A DNA stretch of 64,000 nt, taken from Bacillota bacterium. GTDB taxonomy: Bacteria > Bacillota > SHA-98 > UBA4971. Below, in pieces: positions 16,687 to 27,463 of the stretch (position 1 is its first letter; each line of letters opens with the position of its first letter). The position numbers were made by a program, and so were the translations under genes. The DNA lies in contig JANLFY010000010.1 in the NCBI GenBank assembly GCA_024653485.1, positions 54,508 through 118,507 of the forward strand. The letters are read 5' to 3'. The notes under the pieces were generated by a model that was given only the letters and a program-made list of their open reading frames with translations, did not search any database and had not been told where the DNA came from.

Positions 16687-18126
16687 GTGGGCTTCGATAT
16701 GCTCTATGTCGGCGCAGCCAAAACGGAGATAACGCCTGCTCTCGGGATTCCTATGGCAGGCTATCGGGCACGGGCTGGAGTGGCCGAAGGCGTCCACGAC
16801 CCCCTGTTTGTGCGGGTGGTCACGCTTGACGATGGCGGGCGCGGGCTTGTGTTGGTCGCTCTAGACTTGTTTGCGGCGGGCGAAGCCCTTGTCGCCTCCA
16901 TAAGACGGGAGACTATGTCGCGCCTTCGCGAGCTGCCTGGAGGCGGTGCAGACGTGGTCGTTTGCGCCACGCACACGCACGCGGGGCCGGCGGGGATTCT
17001 CTCCAATTCCGAAAACCACGACCGTGAGCTCGTGGGCGCGATCGTGTGCAAGGCCGCGGAGGCTGCGGCTGTCGCCTGGGAGACTCGCCGCCTAGGGCGC
17101 ATCGGATTCGGCTCGTGCAGGGTTCAAGGGGTTGCGTGCAACAGGACGGATTCATCGTCCAGCTTCGACCCACTAGTGAGGGTGATGAAGCTCGAGGACG
17201 TGAGCGGGAGCCCTATTGCGTGCGTCATCAATTACGGGTGCCATCCGACGGTCCTGGGCCCGGAGAACCTTCTCTTCTCTCGCGACTGGCCTGGGTACAC
17301 CCAAGACATGATGGAGGCCTCACGCGACCCCATCGGCATGGTGATGTTCCTCAACGGTGCGTCTGCCGACGTGAGCACTCGCTACACGAGACGCGCCTCG
17401 AGTTTTGACGAAGCGGAACGGCTCGGCCGGATCGTGGCCGACGGCGCACTTGGTGCCGCCCGCCAGGTCGAGTACGTACCGACGCAGCGGATATGCGTGT
17501 TGCGCAAGAGGGTCACGTTGCCTTGTAAACCGCCCGTATCGCCTGAATCCGCTTCTCAGGCGCTCAGAAAAGCCGAGGAGGAACTGGCGGAACTCAAGGC
17601 CAGCGCTGACGCGTCACCTGGCGAGGTGAGGCGTGCGGAATCGGCTGTACTGGCGTGGCAGATAGTCCTGGAGAGAAGCCGGGACCCTGGGGGGAAGAAA
17701 GAAGGGCTCCAGGCATCCGGGCTCGCAGACCGTCCGGACCCCGTGGGCTCCGCGGAGCCTGCAGACTCCGCGGAGAGCGAAGCTGTCAAGGTCGTTGAAA
17801 GCGTGAGAGAAGGTCTTACATGCGAGGTGTGTTTGCTGGATCTAGAGTCTGCCGTTATGGCTTTCGTCCCCGGGGAGGCGACCGCACGAACTGGAAGCCG
17901 CGTAGCGCGGAGGATCGCCGAGATCAGAGGACTTGCGACAGACCGGGTCTGGTTTATCGGCTATTCCAACGGCCATCTCGGGTACATCACGGACGCCGAG
18001 GAGGCACAGGGGGCTACCTCCTTCTCATACGAAGCGCTCATGAGCCGTGTCACGTCTGAGGCAGCAGGCCTGATCGAAGAAGAGATCGCGAATGAGGTGA
18101 TAAAGGGGATGTCGGATAGGTGTTAG
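16687..18126 (+). CDS. neutral/alkaline ceramidase-family amidohydrolase
   Basis: N-terminal pattern MLYVGAAKTEITPALGIPMAGY…GVHDPLFVRVV…VVCATHTHAGPAGI parallels the ceramidase N-domain consensus (GxGKADITP…MMGY…G.H.RL…ATHTHSGP). Confidence 0.55.
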   Translation: MGFDMLYVGAAKTEITPALGIPMAGYRARAGVAEGVHDPLFVRVVTLDDGGRGLVLVALDLFAAGEALVASIRRETMSRLRELPGGGADVVVCATHTHAGPAGILSNSENHDRELVGAIVCKAAEAAAVAWETRRLGRIGFGSCRVQGVACNRTDSSSSFDPLVRVMKLEDVSGSPIACVINYGCHPTVLGPENLLFSRDWPGYTQDMMEASRDPIGMVMFLNGASADVSTRYTRRASSFDEAERLGRIVADGALGAARQVEYVPTQRICVLRKRVTLPCKPPVSPESASQALRKAEEELAELKASADASPGEVRRAESAVLAWQIVLERSRDPGGKKEGLQASGLADRPDPVGSAEPADSAESEAVKVVESVREGLTCEVCLLDLESAVMAFVPGEATARTGSRVARRIAEIRGLATDRVWFIGYSNGHLGYITDAEEAQGATSFSYEALMSRVTSEAAGLIEEEIANEVIKGMSDRC

Positions 18127-18857
18127 GTAGGAGATACTTCGAAAGCATCCGTGAACTCCTGGACGCTATAGAGAAGACGCAGTACGAGGCCATATGCAAG
18201 GCTGCCGATGCCGTGGCCGAGTCGATCCGCAAGGGCAAGACATTTCACCTGTTCGGCACAGGCCATTCGCACATGATGGCTGAAGAGGCTTTTTGCCGGG
18301 CCGGAGGACTTGTGCCAGTCAATGCGATCCTGGAACCTGCGCTAATGCTGCACGAAGGGCCCTTTAAGGCGACTGCGATGGAGCGACTCGAGGGTTACGC
18401 AGAGATCATCGTTGAACACGCGGGTATCGAAGAGGGCGACACGGTCATGGTGATCTCCAACTCCGGGAGAAACGTCGTGCCTGTGGAAGTGGCGCTTACC
18501 TCGAAGGGCCGCGGTGCACTGGTTATTGCCCTCACGTCGCTGGCTCACTCGAGCAAGGTTGCGTCGCGCCACAGCAGCGGTAAGCGGATATTCGAGATCG
18601 CCGACATAGTCATCGACAACTGCGGGGTGTTCGGGGACGCCATCCTTGAGGTGGATGGACTTTCGACCAAGGTAAGTCCCACATCAACCGTCACGGGAGC
18701 TGCGATCATCAATATGCTTGTTGCGGAAGTTATGGAGAGGCTGCTCCGGGCGGGGATAAAGCCGCCTGTCTTCATAAGCTCCAACGTGGAAGGCGGAGAC
18801 GAGCACAACCAGCAGTGGGAGCCGAGGTTTGCGGGCGGATACGGGACCAGAAGGTAA
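18120..18857 (+). CDS. SIS-domain sugar-phosphate isomerase-like protein (UPF0309-type single SIS)
   Basis: FHLFGTGHSHMMAEEAF…VMVISNSGRN Rossmann-like SIS signature; 245 aa. Confidence 0.55.
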   Translation: MLGRRYFESIRELLDAIEKTQYEAICKAADAVAESIRKGKTFHLFGTGHSHMMAEEAFCRAGGLVPVNAILEPALMLHEGPFKATAMERLEGYAEIIVEHAGIEEGDTVMVISNSGRNVVPVEVALTSKGRGALVIALTSLAHSSKVASRHSSGKRIFEIADIVIDNCGVFGDAILEVDGLSTKVSPTSTVTGAAIINMLVAEVMERLLRAGIKPPVFISSNVEGGDEHNQQWEPRFAGGYGTRR

Positions 18858-18935
18858 GAACCAGGCATAGGTCAGCCCGCGTAGGACCGAGCGGGCAGGC
18901 GCATGAACGGCTAAGGATGGGAAGGGCTGAGGACA

Positions 18936-20705
18936 TTGACCAGTGTACACAATACCGACCGGGCCCATATTCATAGGACATGCGTTATTGTAGTGGATTC
19001 CCTTGAGCGGAAGCGCTCCGCGGCCGTCCGAGACCTTCAGGAGTTCCTGCGGATGGCCTTCGGGGTGGATATCCCTGTAACGCTTGATTGCCCTGACCGC
19101 CTCCAAGGTGCCCCCGCCGAGAGAGACGAGGGAGATACAATCTCGCTGGATTTGAATCCTGAGGCGCTCGGGGAGGCGTCGGAGGAAGGCTACCGTTTGA
19201 CCATCTCACCGAGAAGCGAGGGGCCGCACGTCGAGGCCAGGCTCGTTGCGGGGTCGCCAGCCGGCCTGCTCTATGGCGTCCAGGAACTGAAGCTGCGGTC
19301 AAGGTTCGAAAACGGCGTGCTTGAGGTTCCGGCGCTCGACATCTCGTCCTCTCCCGCCATGGCGGTGCGCGGGATAAAAGGGCTGCGGTGGAACCCATCG
19401 GATTACCTATCGATCATAGATTTCCTGCCTGCGTGTCGGTTCAATTTCCTGATGCTGTGCTACGGAATGGTGCCAGAGCACTGCCGCGAGTGGCGGAAGC
19501 CGTATTCAGACGAACATCTGCAGGCGGTTTCAGAAATAGTGCAGCGGTGCAACGAGAGGTACATTCGTGTATGCGTTGCTGTCAATCCTTCCCTTCGAAG
19601 TGACCCTCCAATGTGTTACTCAAGCGAACAGGACCTGGCGCTCCTTGTTGCGAAATTCCGGGCTTCATACAACCTCGGCGTGAGGACCTTCGCGCTTGCC
19701 CTTGATGACATCAACTTCGAGATGACACACCCGGAGGACAGGCGCGCATATGCGGGGCTGGGCCACGCGCATGTAGATCTCGTAAGGCGCCTCGACGATG
19801 CCTTGAGGAGTCTCGACTCTGAGAACAAGCTCATATTCTGTCCGACTACGTATTTCACCCGCTATGCACTTGAAAGGAAGGATTACACAGAAGCATTGGT
19901 GCACGGTCTGCCCGAGGATGTGGATGTCTTTTGGACGGGTCCCGAGTGGAACTCAACGATCGTCACCGGGGAAGATGCGCGGCTCCTCTGCTCCTTAGTT
20001 GGCAGGAAGCCGTTTCTCTGGCTGAACTACCCGGTGAATGACTATCTCGCACCACACCCCTGGCGTTTGTTGCTCGAGCCCGTGAAGCTATCGTGCACGG
20101 AGCTGCCCCGTTGGATCAAGGGTCTAGTATCTAACCCGATGCGGCAGGTGGAGGCGTCCAAGATTCCTCTGTGGACCATCGGAAGGTACTGTTGGGACCC
20201 TGCCTCGTACCGGCCTGAAGCGGCGCTGCAAGAGGCCGTTGCAATCGTCGCGGGGGCTGAGGCACGGGAGCCGCTCCAGTTGTTGGTGGAGGCCTACACG
20301 AGGTGCTATGACGCGCTTAGAGATACTCGTGACTACGCTGGTGATGTGGCGGCGAACCCCAGCTCACAGCGAGCTTCCGAAGACCTTCTCATGGCCGCAG
20401 CCATCATAAGAACCCTCATACCTGTCGTCAAGAAGCTGTTGCAAGACCAGCGCCTTGCCTCGGAGTTAGAAGAGGGCTTCAACAGGTTCTTGGCGTTCTG
20501 CGAGGCATACAACGCCTGGCGCTACTGCTGCGGACGGCGCCTTTCAGAAGCAGCCACGCAAGGCCACGATACCTGTGATGCCCGTGCTCTGGACGCCCTG
20601 AAAAGGTTCCTTCGCGCGGCAGACCTCGCAAGGCGCGGTTGGGATGACGGCACGCTTTCGGACGCCGCGTGGTACCTGCAAGAGATCAAGGCCATGGTTG
20701 GGTAG
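18936..20705 (+). CDS. GH84-family beta-N-acetylglucosaminidase (O-GlcNAcase-like)
   Basis: Tandem catalytic Asp pair in FALALDDINFE and a WLNYPVNDY motif, similar to OGA/NagJ DD and YxWDNxxxND motifs. TIM-barrel-length core of ~330 aa plus C-terminal helical domain. Confidence 0.55.
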   Translation: MTSVHNTDRAHIHRTCVIVVDSLERKRSAAVRDLQEFLRMAFGVDIPVTLDCPDRLQGAPAERDEGDTISLDLNPEALGEASEEGYRLTISPRSEGPHVEARLVAGSPAGLLYGVQELKLRSRFENGVLEVPALDISSSPAMAVRGIKGLRWNPSDYLSIIDFLPACRFNFLMLCYGMVPEHCREWRKPYSDEHLQAVSEIVQRCNERYIRVCVAVNPSLRSDPPMCYSSEQDLALLVAKFRASYNLGVRTFALALDDINFEMTHPEDRRAYAGLGHAHVDLVRRLDDALRSLDSENKLIFCPTTYFTRYALERKDYTEALVHGLPEDVDVFWTGPEWNSTIVTGEDARLLCSLVGRKPFLWLNYPVNDYLAPHPWRLLLEPVKLSCTELPRWIKGLVSNPMRQVEASKIPLWTIGRYCWDPASYRPEAALQEAVAIVAGAEAREPLQLLVEAYTRCYDALRDTRDYAGDVAANPSSQRASEDLLMAAAIIRTLIPVVKKLLQDQRLASELEEGFNRFLAFCEAYNAWRYCCGRRLSEAATQGHDTCDARALDALKRFLRAADLARRGWDDGTLSDAAWYLQEIKAMVG

Positions 20706-20880
20706 ACTAAGCCTTCCGTTAACTTGCGCCAAATAGTAGGGGATGGGAGGTGGTGATCACAGGGTCGGATCGATGGGACGGACGCGGGTGACTCAAGCGA
20801 GGTAGGAGAGGTAGGAGACGGGTTTGTCAGAGCGCTGTTCTTGCCGAGACCTAATCGGAAATACGAGGAGGTAAGAGGAG

Positions 20881-22164
20881 ATGCCACGGTTTTCGAGAGT
20901 ACTGAAGCGGTTTGCCTTGGTCTCCGTTGCGTGTCTGGCGGTCATGCTGATAGCCGTTCCGCTGGCGAGCGCCGCCAAGAAGGTTACCATCACCTTCTGG
21001 CAGGCTGGTGGCAGCCCTGAAACCAGCGCGCTTGTGCGCCAGCTCATCGACGAGTTCGAAGCTGCGAACCCGGACATACAGGTGAATTTCCAGGCGATCC
21101 CGTGGGCCGAAGACCCACACACCAAGTTCCAGGCTGCCATAGTAGGTGGCACTATTGCGGATGTCTTCACCGTCGGTGACCCGTTTGAGCTCGTGCTTGC
21201 AGCGGCGGGCGGGCTGGAACCACTTGATGCATATATACCGCAGGCGACGAAGAACGACTTCTTGCCCCAGTTCATTGAGAGGGCCACGTACAATGGAAAG
21301 CTCTACGCTCTCCCGTGGTTTGGCACTGTACGCGCGATGTTCTACCGAAAGGACCTCTTGGCGGCCGCTGGCGTCCCTGAGCCGACGACCAGCTGGACCT
21401 GGGAAGAGTTCTTGACATATGCGAAGAAGCTGACACGCGACCTCAACGGCGACGGGGTGATCGATCAGTACGGGTTCGGGACCTCGGGGCGTTATGTCTC
21501 ACAGTATCAGCCCTTCGTGCGTCAGAATGGTGTCGACTTCGTGGACGAGAAGCGGAACGTGGCTACCGCCAATGACGCTGCTGTCATTGAGGCTATGCAG
21601 TTCTACATCGATCTCGTTCGAACCCATAAGGTCACGCCGCCAGGCATAACCACGATAAACCTGCAAGAGATCCAGAAGATGTTCGCTGAAGGCAAGGTGG
21701 CCATGTTCTTCGACTGTGAGGACACTGCTGCGATGTTCTCCAAAGAGCCTGCGCTTACAGGGAAGTTCGGGATCGGCATGCTGCCGCACAAGAAGGGTCA
21801 CGCGGCTTACGCGGGGACTGACGTGCTCGTCATGTCGAAGCAGTCAAAGAACAAGGAAGCTGCATGGAAGTTCATAGAGTTCTTCCTCTCGCCGAAGTGT
21901 ATGGCTGAGTACTGCAAGCTCACCGGTTTCTCCCCGGCGAGGAAGTCTCTAGCAGAACACGGGTACTTCAAGGATCCCATCAGGCAGGCGTTTGCCAAGC
22001 AGCTCGAGGTCGGCGGGTACTTCTACTTCAAACATCCCAAAGCTTCGAGCTTCTCAAGCGCGATACGCGCAGAGGTTCAGGAGGCTATGGAAGGCAAGAA
22101 GACGGTCAAACAGGCCATGGATGACCTCCAGAAGAAGCTGGAAGAGATACTGAAACAGCCCTGA
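20881..22164 (+). CDS. ABC transporter extracellular solute-binding protein, family 1 (carbohydrate)
   Basis: Signal peptide MPRFSRVLKRFALVSVACLAVMLIAVPLASA; typical SBP_bac_1 length and composition; followed by two permease genes. Confidence 0.8.
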   Translation: MPRFSRVLKRFALVSVACLAVMLIAVPLASAAKKVTITFWQAGGSPETSALVRQLIDEFEAANPDIQVNFQAIPWAEDPHTKFQAAIVGGTIADVFTVGDPFELVLAAAGGLEPLDAYIPQATKNDFLPQFIERATYNGKLYALPWFGTVRAMFYRKDLLAAAGVPEPTTSWTWEEFLTYAKKLTRDLNGDGVIDQYGFGTSGRYVSQYQPFVRQNGVDFVDEKRNVATANDAAVIEAMQFYIDLVRTHKVTPPGITTINLQEIQKMFAEGKVAMFFDCEDTAAMFSKEPALTGKFGIGMLPHKKGHAAYAGTDVLVMSKQSKNKEAAWKFIEFFLSPKCMAEYCKLTGFSPARKSLAEHGYFKDPIRQAFAKQLEVGGYFYFKHPKASSFSSAIRAEVQEAMEGKKTVKQAMDDLQKKLEEILKQP

Positions 22165-22197
22165 GATTCGATAGGGCGAATGACCGTTGGTGTGATG

Positions 22198-22230
22198 GAG
22201 CCTCCGCCGGGCTTGAGCCCGGCGGAGGCG
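22198..22230 (+). promoter_or_regulatory. perfect 12-13 bp GC-rich intercistronic hairpin after the binding-protein gene (mRNA stabiliser / partial terminator candidate)
   Basis: GCCTCCGCCGGGC-ttga-GCCCGGCGGAGGC; no U-tract; the permease ribosome-binding site GGGGGA follows. Confidence 0.45.
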
Positions 22231-22256
22231 GTAGCCTAGAAAGCGGGGGATACCGG

Positions 22257-23231
22257 ATGAAGCACACGGTGACAACGCCAGGTGGCAGCGTTCAGACGAC
22301 GGTGGCCCATGATGTCGCTAAGCCAAAGAGAAGAGCTCGGGCACTGGTGTACAGAGTTGGCGAGCTTCTGGAGTCGTACTCCATGATCGCTCCCGCCTAC
22401 ATGGTCTTCCTTGTGTTCATATTCATACCAGTGGCGTGGAGCTTCTACCTGAGCTTGTTCAACTACAGCATCTTGTCTCTTAGGCAGCCCCAATTCACCG
22501 GGCTCGCCAATTTCATCAAAATGTTCAAAGACAGCGTTTTCAGGGTCGCAATCTGGAACACCCTGCGTTACAGCCTGGGCACCGTGCCCGCACGCCTGGT
22601 GTTGGGTCTCGCGCTTGCGCTTCTGCTCGATCAGAAGCATTTGTCCGGCAAGAATCTCCTCCGGACTGTTTACTTCCTGCCCGTTGTCACCTCGATGGTT
22701 GCGGCTTCGATCGTGTGGACGCTGGTCTTCAACGCAAGCGAGGCCGGCCTCGCAAACCAGATGCTCAAGGCGTTGGGCTTCCCCCCGAAGGGGTGGCTTG
22801 CAGATTCCAGACTTGCAATGCTCTCCGTATGCATAATGAGCGTGTGGAAGGAACTAGGTTACGTCATGACCATCTTCCTTGCGGGCCTTCAGGGGATCCC
22901 GCCAGAATTGCATGAGGCCGCGGCGATCGACGGCGCAACAGGGTGGCAGAGGATCCGGTTCATAACCATCCCCCTGCTCAAACCAACGACTTTCTTCATC
23001 CTGGTCACCGAGGTCATCGGTTCTTTCCAGGTGTTTACACAAACGTATGTCATGACGGGCGGCGGGCCAGGCTACAGCACCACAACGCTGATCAACCTCT
23101 TGTACACAAAAGGGTTCTTCGAATTCGATATGGGGTACGCGAGCGGGCTCGCGGTTACGTTGTTCCTCGGTTTGTTGCTGTTGAGCTGGGTGATGCGCCG
23201 AGCCTTCCGGGCGGAGGAGATCGTCTACTAA
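22257..23231 (+). CDS. carbohydrate ABC transporter permease (MalF/UgpA-like)
   Basis: Six predicted TM segments and an EAA-like loop (IDGATGWQRIRFITIPLLKP). Confidence 0.8.
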   Translation: MKHTVTTPGGSVQTTVAHDVAKPKRRARALVYRVGELLESYSMIAPAYMVFLVFIFIPVAWSFYLSLFNYSILSLRQPQFTGLANFIKMFKDSVFRVAIWNTLRYSLGTVPARLVLGLALALLLDQKHLSGKNLLRTVYFLPVVTSMVAASIVWTLVFNASEAGLANQMLKALGFPPKGWLADSRLAMLSVCIMSVWKELGYVMTIFLAGLQGIPPELHEAAAIDGATGWQRIRFITIPLLKPTTFFILVTEVIGSFQVFTQTYVMTGGGPGYSTTTLINLLYTKGFFEFDMGYASGLAVTLFLGLLLLSWVMRRAFRAEEIVY

Positions 23232-23262
23232 CTTTCCGGTAATAGGTTGGAGGTGAAATGCT

Positions 23263-24123
23263 TTGACTGGAGGACGCAGCGGACGCATTCAGGCATACAT
23301 CTTGGAGGCACTCAAGTGTGCAGCCTTGATACTCGGCGCACTTGTGATGGCGGCACCGTTTCTTTGGATGATTTCGACTTCACTTGCTCCTGATTCGGTC
23401 ATCATATCATACCGGCTGATCCCGACAGATGTCACGTTGGCCAATTACGTGAAGGCATGGAACTTCTCCCGCAGCTTCGATGAATCCGTAAGCCTTGGCA
23501 CGTTCTTCTTGAACAGCCTCATAGTAAGCGTGCTCATCACGGGACCGGCGCTGATAATCGACTCTCTCGCAGGCTACGTCCTGGCTAGAAGGAGGGTCCC
23601 GGGGAAAAATCTTCTGTTCTACCTTGCCCTGGGAACCATGATGGTCCCGTTTTACGTGATCGCCATCCCGCTGTACCTGGTCGTACGGAGATTGGGGTGG
23701 TTGGATTCATATCAAGGCATGATCGTGCCGTTCCTGGCCAGCGGTTTCGGCATCTTCATGTTCAAGCAGTTCTTTCAGACGATTCCTCAAGACCTCGAGG
23801 ATGCGGCGCGAGTGGACGGCTGCTCTGCGTTTCGCACATACATGTCCATAATGCTTCCTCTCGCGAAGCCGGTCACGGCCACCATGGCGATATTCAAGGC
23901 AATGTGGTCATGGAACCTCTTCTTCTGGCCTCTTCTCATCATCAACAACATCAGGCTCAAGACGCTTCCGCTGGCTCTCACGATGTTCAGGGGCCTGAAC
24001 GTGACGCAGTGGGGGACGCTGTGTGCCGGGATGACTCTTGCAACTTTGCCGATAGTCATCGTGTACCTGTCGATGCAGAACCTGTTCCAAAAGGGCATTA
24101 TGATCGGCTCGATAAAGGGTTGA
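23263..24123 (+). CDS. carbohydrate ABC transporter permease (MalG/UgpE-like)
   Basis: EAA motif region DLEDAARVDGCSAFRTYMSIMLPLAKP; six TM segments. Confidence 0.8.
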   Translation: MTGGRSGRIQAYILEALKCAALILGALVMAAPFLWMISTSLAPDSVIISYRLIPTDVTLANYVKAWNFSRSFDESVSLGTFFLNSLIVSVLITGPALIIDSLAGYVLARRRVPGKNLLFYLALGTMMVPFYVIAIPLYLVVRRLGWLDSYQGMIVPFLASGFGIFMFKQFFQTIPQDLEDAARVDGCSAFRTYMSIMLPLAKPVTATMAIFKAMWSWNLFFWPLLIINNIRLKTLPLALTMFRGLNVTQWGTLCAGMTLATLPIVIVYLSMQNLFQKGIMIGSIKG

Positions 24124-24152
24124 GTCTTCTGGTCTGTCCATGACGGCCGCCC

Positions 24153-25904
24153 ATGGCGAGGCCGCTGACGCCTATGCTGAGGCGTGCGATAAGCGTGCGG
24201 GAAAGGTGGGAGCTGAGATCTGTGGAGAGCGCAAGCAATTGCACAAGCATTGAGTCGGTCCTGGACTCTATGAACCTCAAGCAGAAAGTCGGCCAGATGA
24301 TGATGGTAGGCTTCCCGGAGCCCTTTCACGGAGAGCTGCCGCCGGGGGTCAGCGAACTCCTTCGGGATCCCGGCATAGGCGGGGTTGCGGTCCTTGCAAG
24401 AAACGCAAGGACCCCGGAGTCGATGAGAGGTCTCACTACTGAGCTGCAAAGAGCAGCTCGTGCCGCAGGAGCTGCTGCGCCTCTATTCATCCACGGGGAC
24501 AGCGAAGGCGGCATAGTCATGCAGGTGACTGAGGGCACTTGCACATTTCCAGGTGCCATGGCTATCGGGGCGACGGGCAGCACGCGGTATGCCTATGAAG
24601 CGGCATACGCAATGGGCTGCGAGGCTCTCGCCATGGGCATGAACATTGTGTCTGCGCCTGTTGCAGACGTGAACGCGGAACCCGACAACCCGATAATCGG
24701 GGTCCGGTCGTTCGGGGATGATCCCGACGAGGTGTCGCGGCTCGCCGAGGCCATGATCCGAGGATTCCGCGACGCGGGTGTGGTCTGTGAGGCCAAGCAC
24801 TTTCCAGGTCACGGAAGGACGAGGTACGACACCCACGAGGACCTGCCGACGATAGATTTCCCCGGCGAAGACCTGGCAAGAGTGGAGCTCGCGCCATTCG
24901 CCGCAGCCATCAAGGCCGGCGTGCCGGCCATAATGACTGCCCACATCGCATACCCGGCACTCGGCGCCCCTCGCGGTGTGCCTGCGACGCTGTCGTGGGA
25001 CATCCTGACAGGGCTTCTCCGCCGCAAGCTCTTGTTTGACGGGATCGTCATTACAGACTGCTTGGAGATGCGGGCGATCAAAGACAACTACGGCCCTGGG
25101 CAGGCTGCCGTGGCGGCTGTGAACGCCGGTGCCGACATCGTCTTGATGTGTCACACGTTGGCTCTTCAGAAACAGGCAATTGATGCCCTCATGACAGCCG
25201 TCGAAGATGGTACCATCCCGAGGGCGCGGATCGACGAGTCCGTGCGCAGGATCCTCCGTGCCAAGGCGACCTGGCTCGGCGATTTCGAGAGGGCCCAGGT
25301 CGGGTACAGCAAGGGGCTGGAGATAGTAGGTTGCGGGGAACACAGGCTCATAGAGCAGGAAATTGCTCGGGCCTCCATCACGGTTGTCAGGGACCACCGG
25401 GGCATACTGCCTCTGGCTCCGTCCACCAGTGATGCGTACGCGGTCGTGTACCCCTCAACCATGCCTCTCTTACGCGCAGAAGACGCTCGGGACAAGGTAA
25501 GCGTGCTTGGGGAAGCTGTCAGAACCCGTTGTCCTCGGACGAGAGAAGTGGACGTCCCTCTACGGCCTGCCGCCGAGGATATCCGTCACGCTGTGGGTAC
25601 GGCACTTGAGGCTGACGTGGTCATCGTGGTAACGTCGTGCAAGACTCCGGCGGACGAGAAAGCTCAGGGCGCTTTGGTGAAGGCTCTGATGGAGACCGGT
25701 AAACCTATCGTGACTCTCGCCATCAGAAATCCATACGATTTACGAGCATACCCCGAGGTGGAGACCTATCTCGTCACGTATGGGTATCGCGATTGCTCGA
25801 TACGGGCAGCGGCGGAAGTCATGTTCGGTGAGATACGTCCCCAGGGCAGGCTTCCGGTGGCAATCCCGGGGCTGTACCCAAGGGGGCATGGAATCCGGTT
25901 CTGA
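24153..25904 (+). CDS. nagZ: GH3-family beta-N-acetylhexosaminidase (NagZ-like, two-domain)
   Basis: KHFPGHGRTRYDTHEDLP signature of NagZ; GQMMMVGF N-terminal motif. Real start probably ATG ~24270 (MNLKQKVGQ). Confidence 0.8.
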   Translation: MARPLTPMLRRAISVRERWELRSVESASNCTSIESVLDSMNLKQKVGQMMMVGFPEPFHGELPPGVSELLRDPGIGGVAVLARNARTPESMRGLTTELQRAARAAGAAAPLFIHGDSEGGIVMQVTEGTCTFPGAMAIGATGSTRYAYEAAYAMGCEALAMGMNIVSAPVADVNAEPDNPIIGVRSFGDDPDEVSRLAEAMIRGFRDAGVVCEAKHFPGHGRTRYDTHEDLPTIDFPGEDLARVELAPFAAAIKAGVPAIMTAHIAYPALGAPRGVPATLSWDILTGLLRRKLLFDGIVITDCLEMRAIKDNYGPGQAAVAAVNAGADIVLMCHTLALQKQAIDALMTAVEDGTIPRARIDESVRRILRAKATWLGDFERAQVGYSKGLEIVGCGEHRLIEQEIARASITVVRDHRGILPLAPSTSDAYAVVYPSTMPLLRAEDARDKVSVLGEAVRTRCPRTREVDVPLRPAAEDIRHAVGTALEADVVIVVTSCKTPADEKAQGALVKALMETGKPIVTLAIRNPYDLRAYPEVETYLVTYGYRDCSIRAAAEVMFGEIRPQGRLPVAIPGLYPRGHGIRF

Positions 25905-26152
25905 TGCGTTCGTCGTCCGGACGGGACCATGTTCGCAAGGGAGAGAAGGAGGAAGGAAGGTAGCGGCAGTTTCTGAGTTCGAACTTGGGTTTCTGTGAGA
26001 CGGTAGCCATGTTCTTGTGGGCAGGCAGTCAGGCGTGGTCTCGGGATGAGGCGCGAGTCTGAGGGTAGTGTAGAAGCCAGGTTCCTCCACGCAAGATTGC
26101 GCGTGGCGCACATTCATCGACACCATGCTTCTGAAAGGGAGGGTACCGTGCT

Positions 26153-27364
26153 ATGACAGGAGCTCTTCGGAGAGGCTCTGTAGTCCTCGTTGCGGCTTTC
26201 TTGCTTGTGGTATTGGGCGGGGGCATTACCGTATCTGCTGCCGGAGGCCATCAGGAATATGGGGTCAGAGGGGTGTGGCTGTGGGGAAGCACTGTGCGAG
26301 ACGTGGGTGCTGAGGCGATAGCGAAGGATTTGGAAGCAAACTACGTGAACGTGGTGTTCCTGCTGGTGAGAGGGACCGCTGGGACGGCGGGTTATAGTAG
26401 CAGCCTTGCCCCGGTGGTTGATCCCTCTAGAGATGTGCTTGCGGAGATGATAGCTGCCTGCCATCCCAGAGGGATCGAGGTCCACGCATGGTTTGTCTTC
26501 AACCAGGATAAGGCATACACAGATGCGCATCCCGAGGACCGCGTTTGGCACCGGGGAAAACCTGATTCAGGGGATAAGCCCTATGAGATCACCGATGGGA
26601 GAGTGTGTCCCGATTCTCAAGCTCACCTCGAATACACCAACGCGATGATCCGGGAAGTGCTCGAGAAGTACGATGTGGACGGCATTCATTTGGACTACAT
26701 ACGGTATGGGCACGCCGTGTACTGTTTCTGCCCCCACCACTATGAGAAGGCCGCCGAGCTGGGCATCGACATCGAGCGCGTGAGAGAAGCTCTAGGCAAG
26801 ACGTTTTATAGCGGTTCATGGGGGGCGGCCGATCCTCAGTACGTATTCGACGCATACGAAAACGAGGCTTACCCGGAGCATCGCGACGTCAAGGCATGGG
26901 TGGACATGCGCGCTGACGAGGTGAGAGCAGCGATAGAAAGCATGCGGAGTGTCGTGAAGCAGCTGAAGCCGAACGTCGCGTTCTCGGCAAGCCTCATGCC
27001 TGAAGGCGCGCTTGCTGATTCCAAGACGTTTGCGCTGTGCCACTACGGGCAGCGGTACTGCGACGCGGACCTCTACGATTTCATTTGTCCCATGGCCTAT
27101 CACGCTGACTACGGCAAGACACCTGCCTGGGTGGGGACCGTGACTCAGGGAGCCATTGCGGAGAGCGACGGAAAACCGAGAGTCTATGCCGGTGTTCAGG
27201 CCTACGGTAAGGTCACGCCTCAGGATCTGGCTGATGCCGTGAACACCGCCCGCGTGTCGGGGGCAGACGGCTTCGTTCTCTTCAAGTATGGGGATATCAG
27301 CAGCGAAGAATGGAGCGCGGTCAATCAAGCTTCTTGCGACATCGCTGAGGGCCCTCCCAGATGA
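26153..27364 (+). CDS. glycoside hydrolase-like family 10 (GHL10/DUF187-type) secreted protein
   Basis: Signal peptide/TM, then the DGIHLDYIRY motif typical of GHL10 TIM-barrel proteins. Confidence 0.5.
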   Translation: MTGALRRGSVVLVAAFLLVVLGGGITVSAAGGHQEYGVRGVWLWGSTVRDVGAEAIAKDLEANYVNVVFLLVRGTAGTAGYSSSLAPVVDPSRDVLAEMIAACHPRGIEVHAWFVFNQDKAYTDAHPEDRVWHRGKPDSGDKPYEITDGRVCPDSQAHLEYTNAMIREVLEKYDVDGIHLDYIRYGHAVYCFCPHHYEKAAELGIDIERVREALGKTFYSGSWGAADPQYVFDAYENEAYPEHRDVKAWVDMRADEVRAAIESMRSVVKQLKPNVAFSASLMPEGALADSKTFALCHYGQRYCDADLYDFICPMAYHADYGKTPAWVGTVTQGAIAESDGKPRVYAGVQAYGKVTPQDLADAVNTARVSGADGFVLFKYGDISSEEWSAVNQASCDIAEGPPR

Positions 27365-27463
27365 ACTGCCAACAATGGAGTTCGCTACGCCCGGGCGGAT
27401 TTGCAGAATGTCCTAGCCAAGTTGCGTGCACAAGCTGCGTGCATATGAGGGAGTGATGAGTCC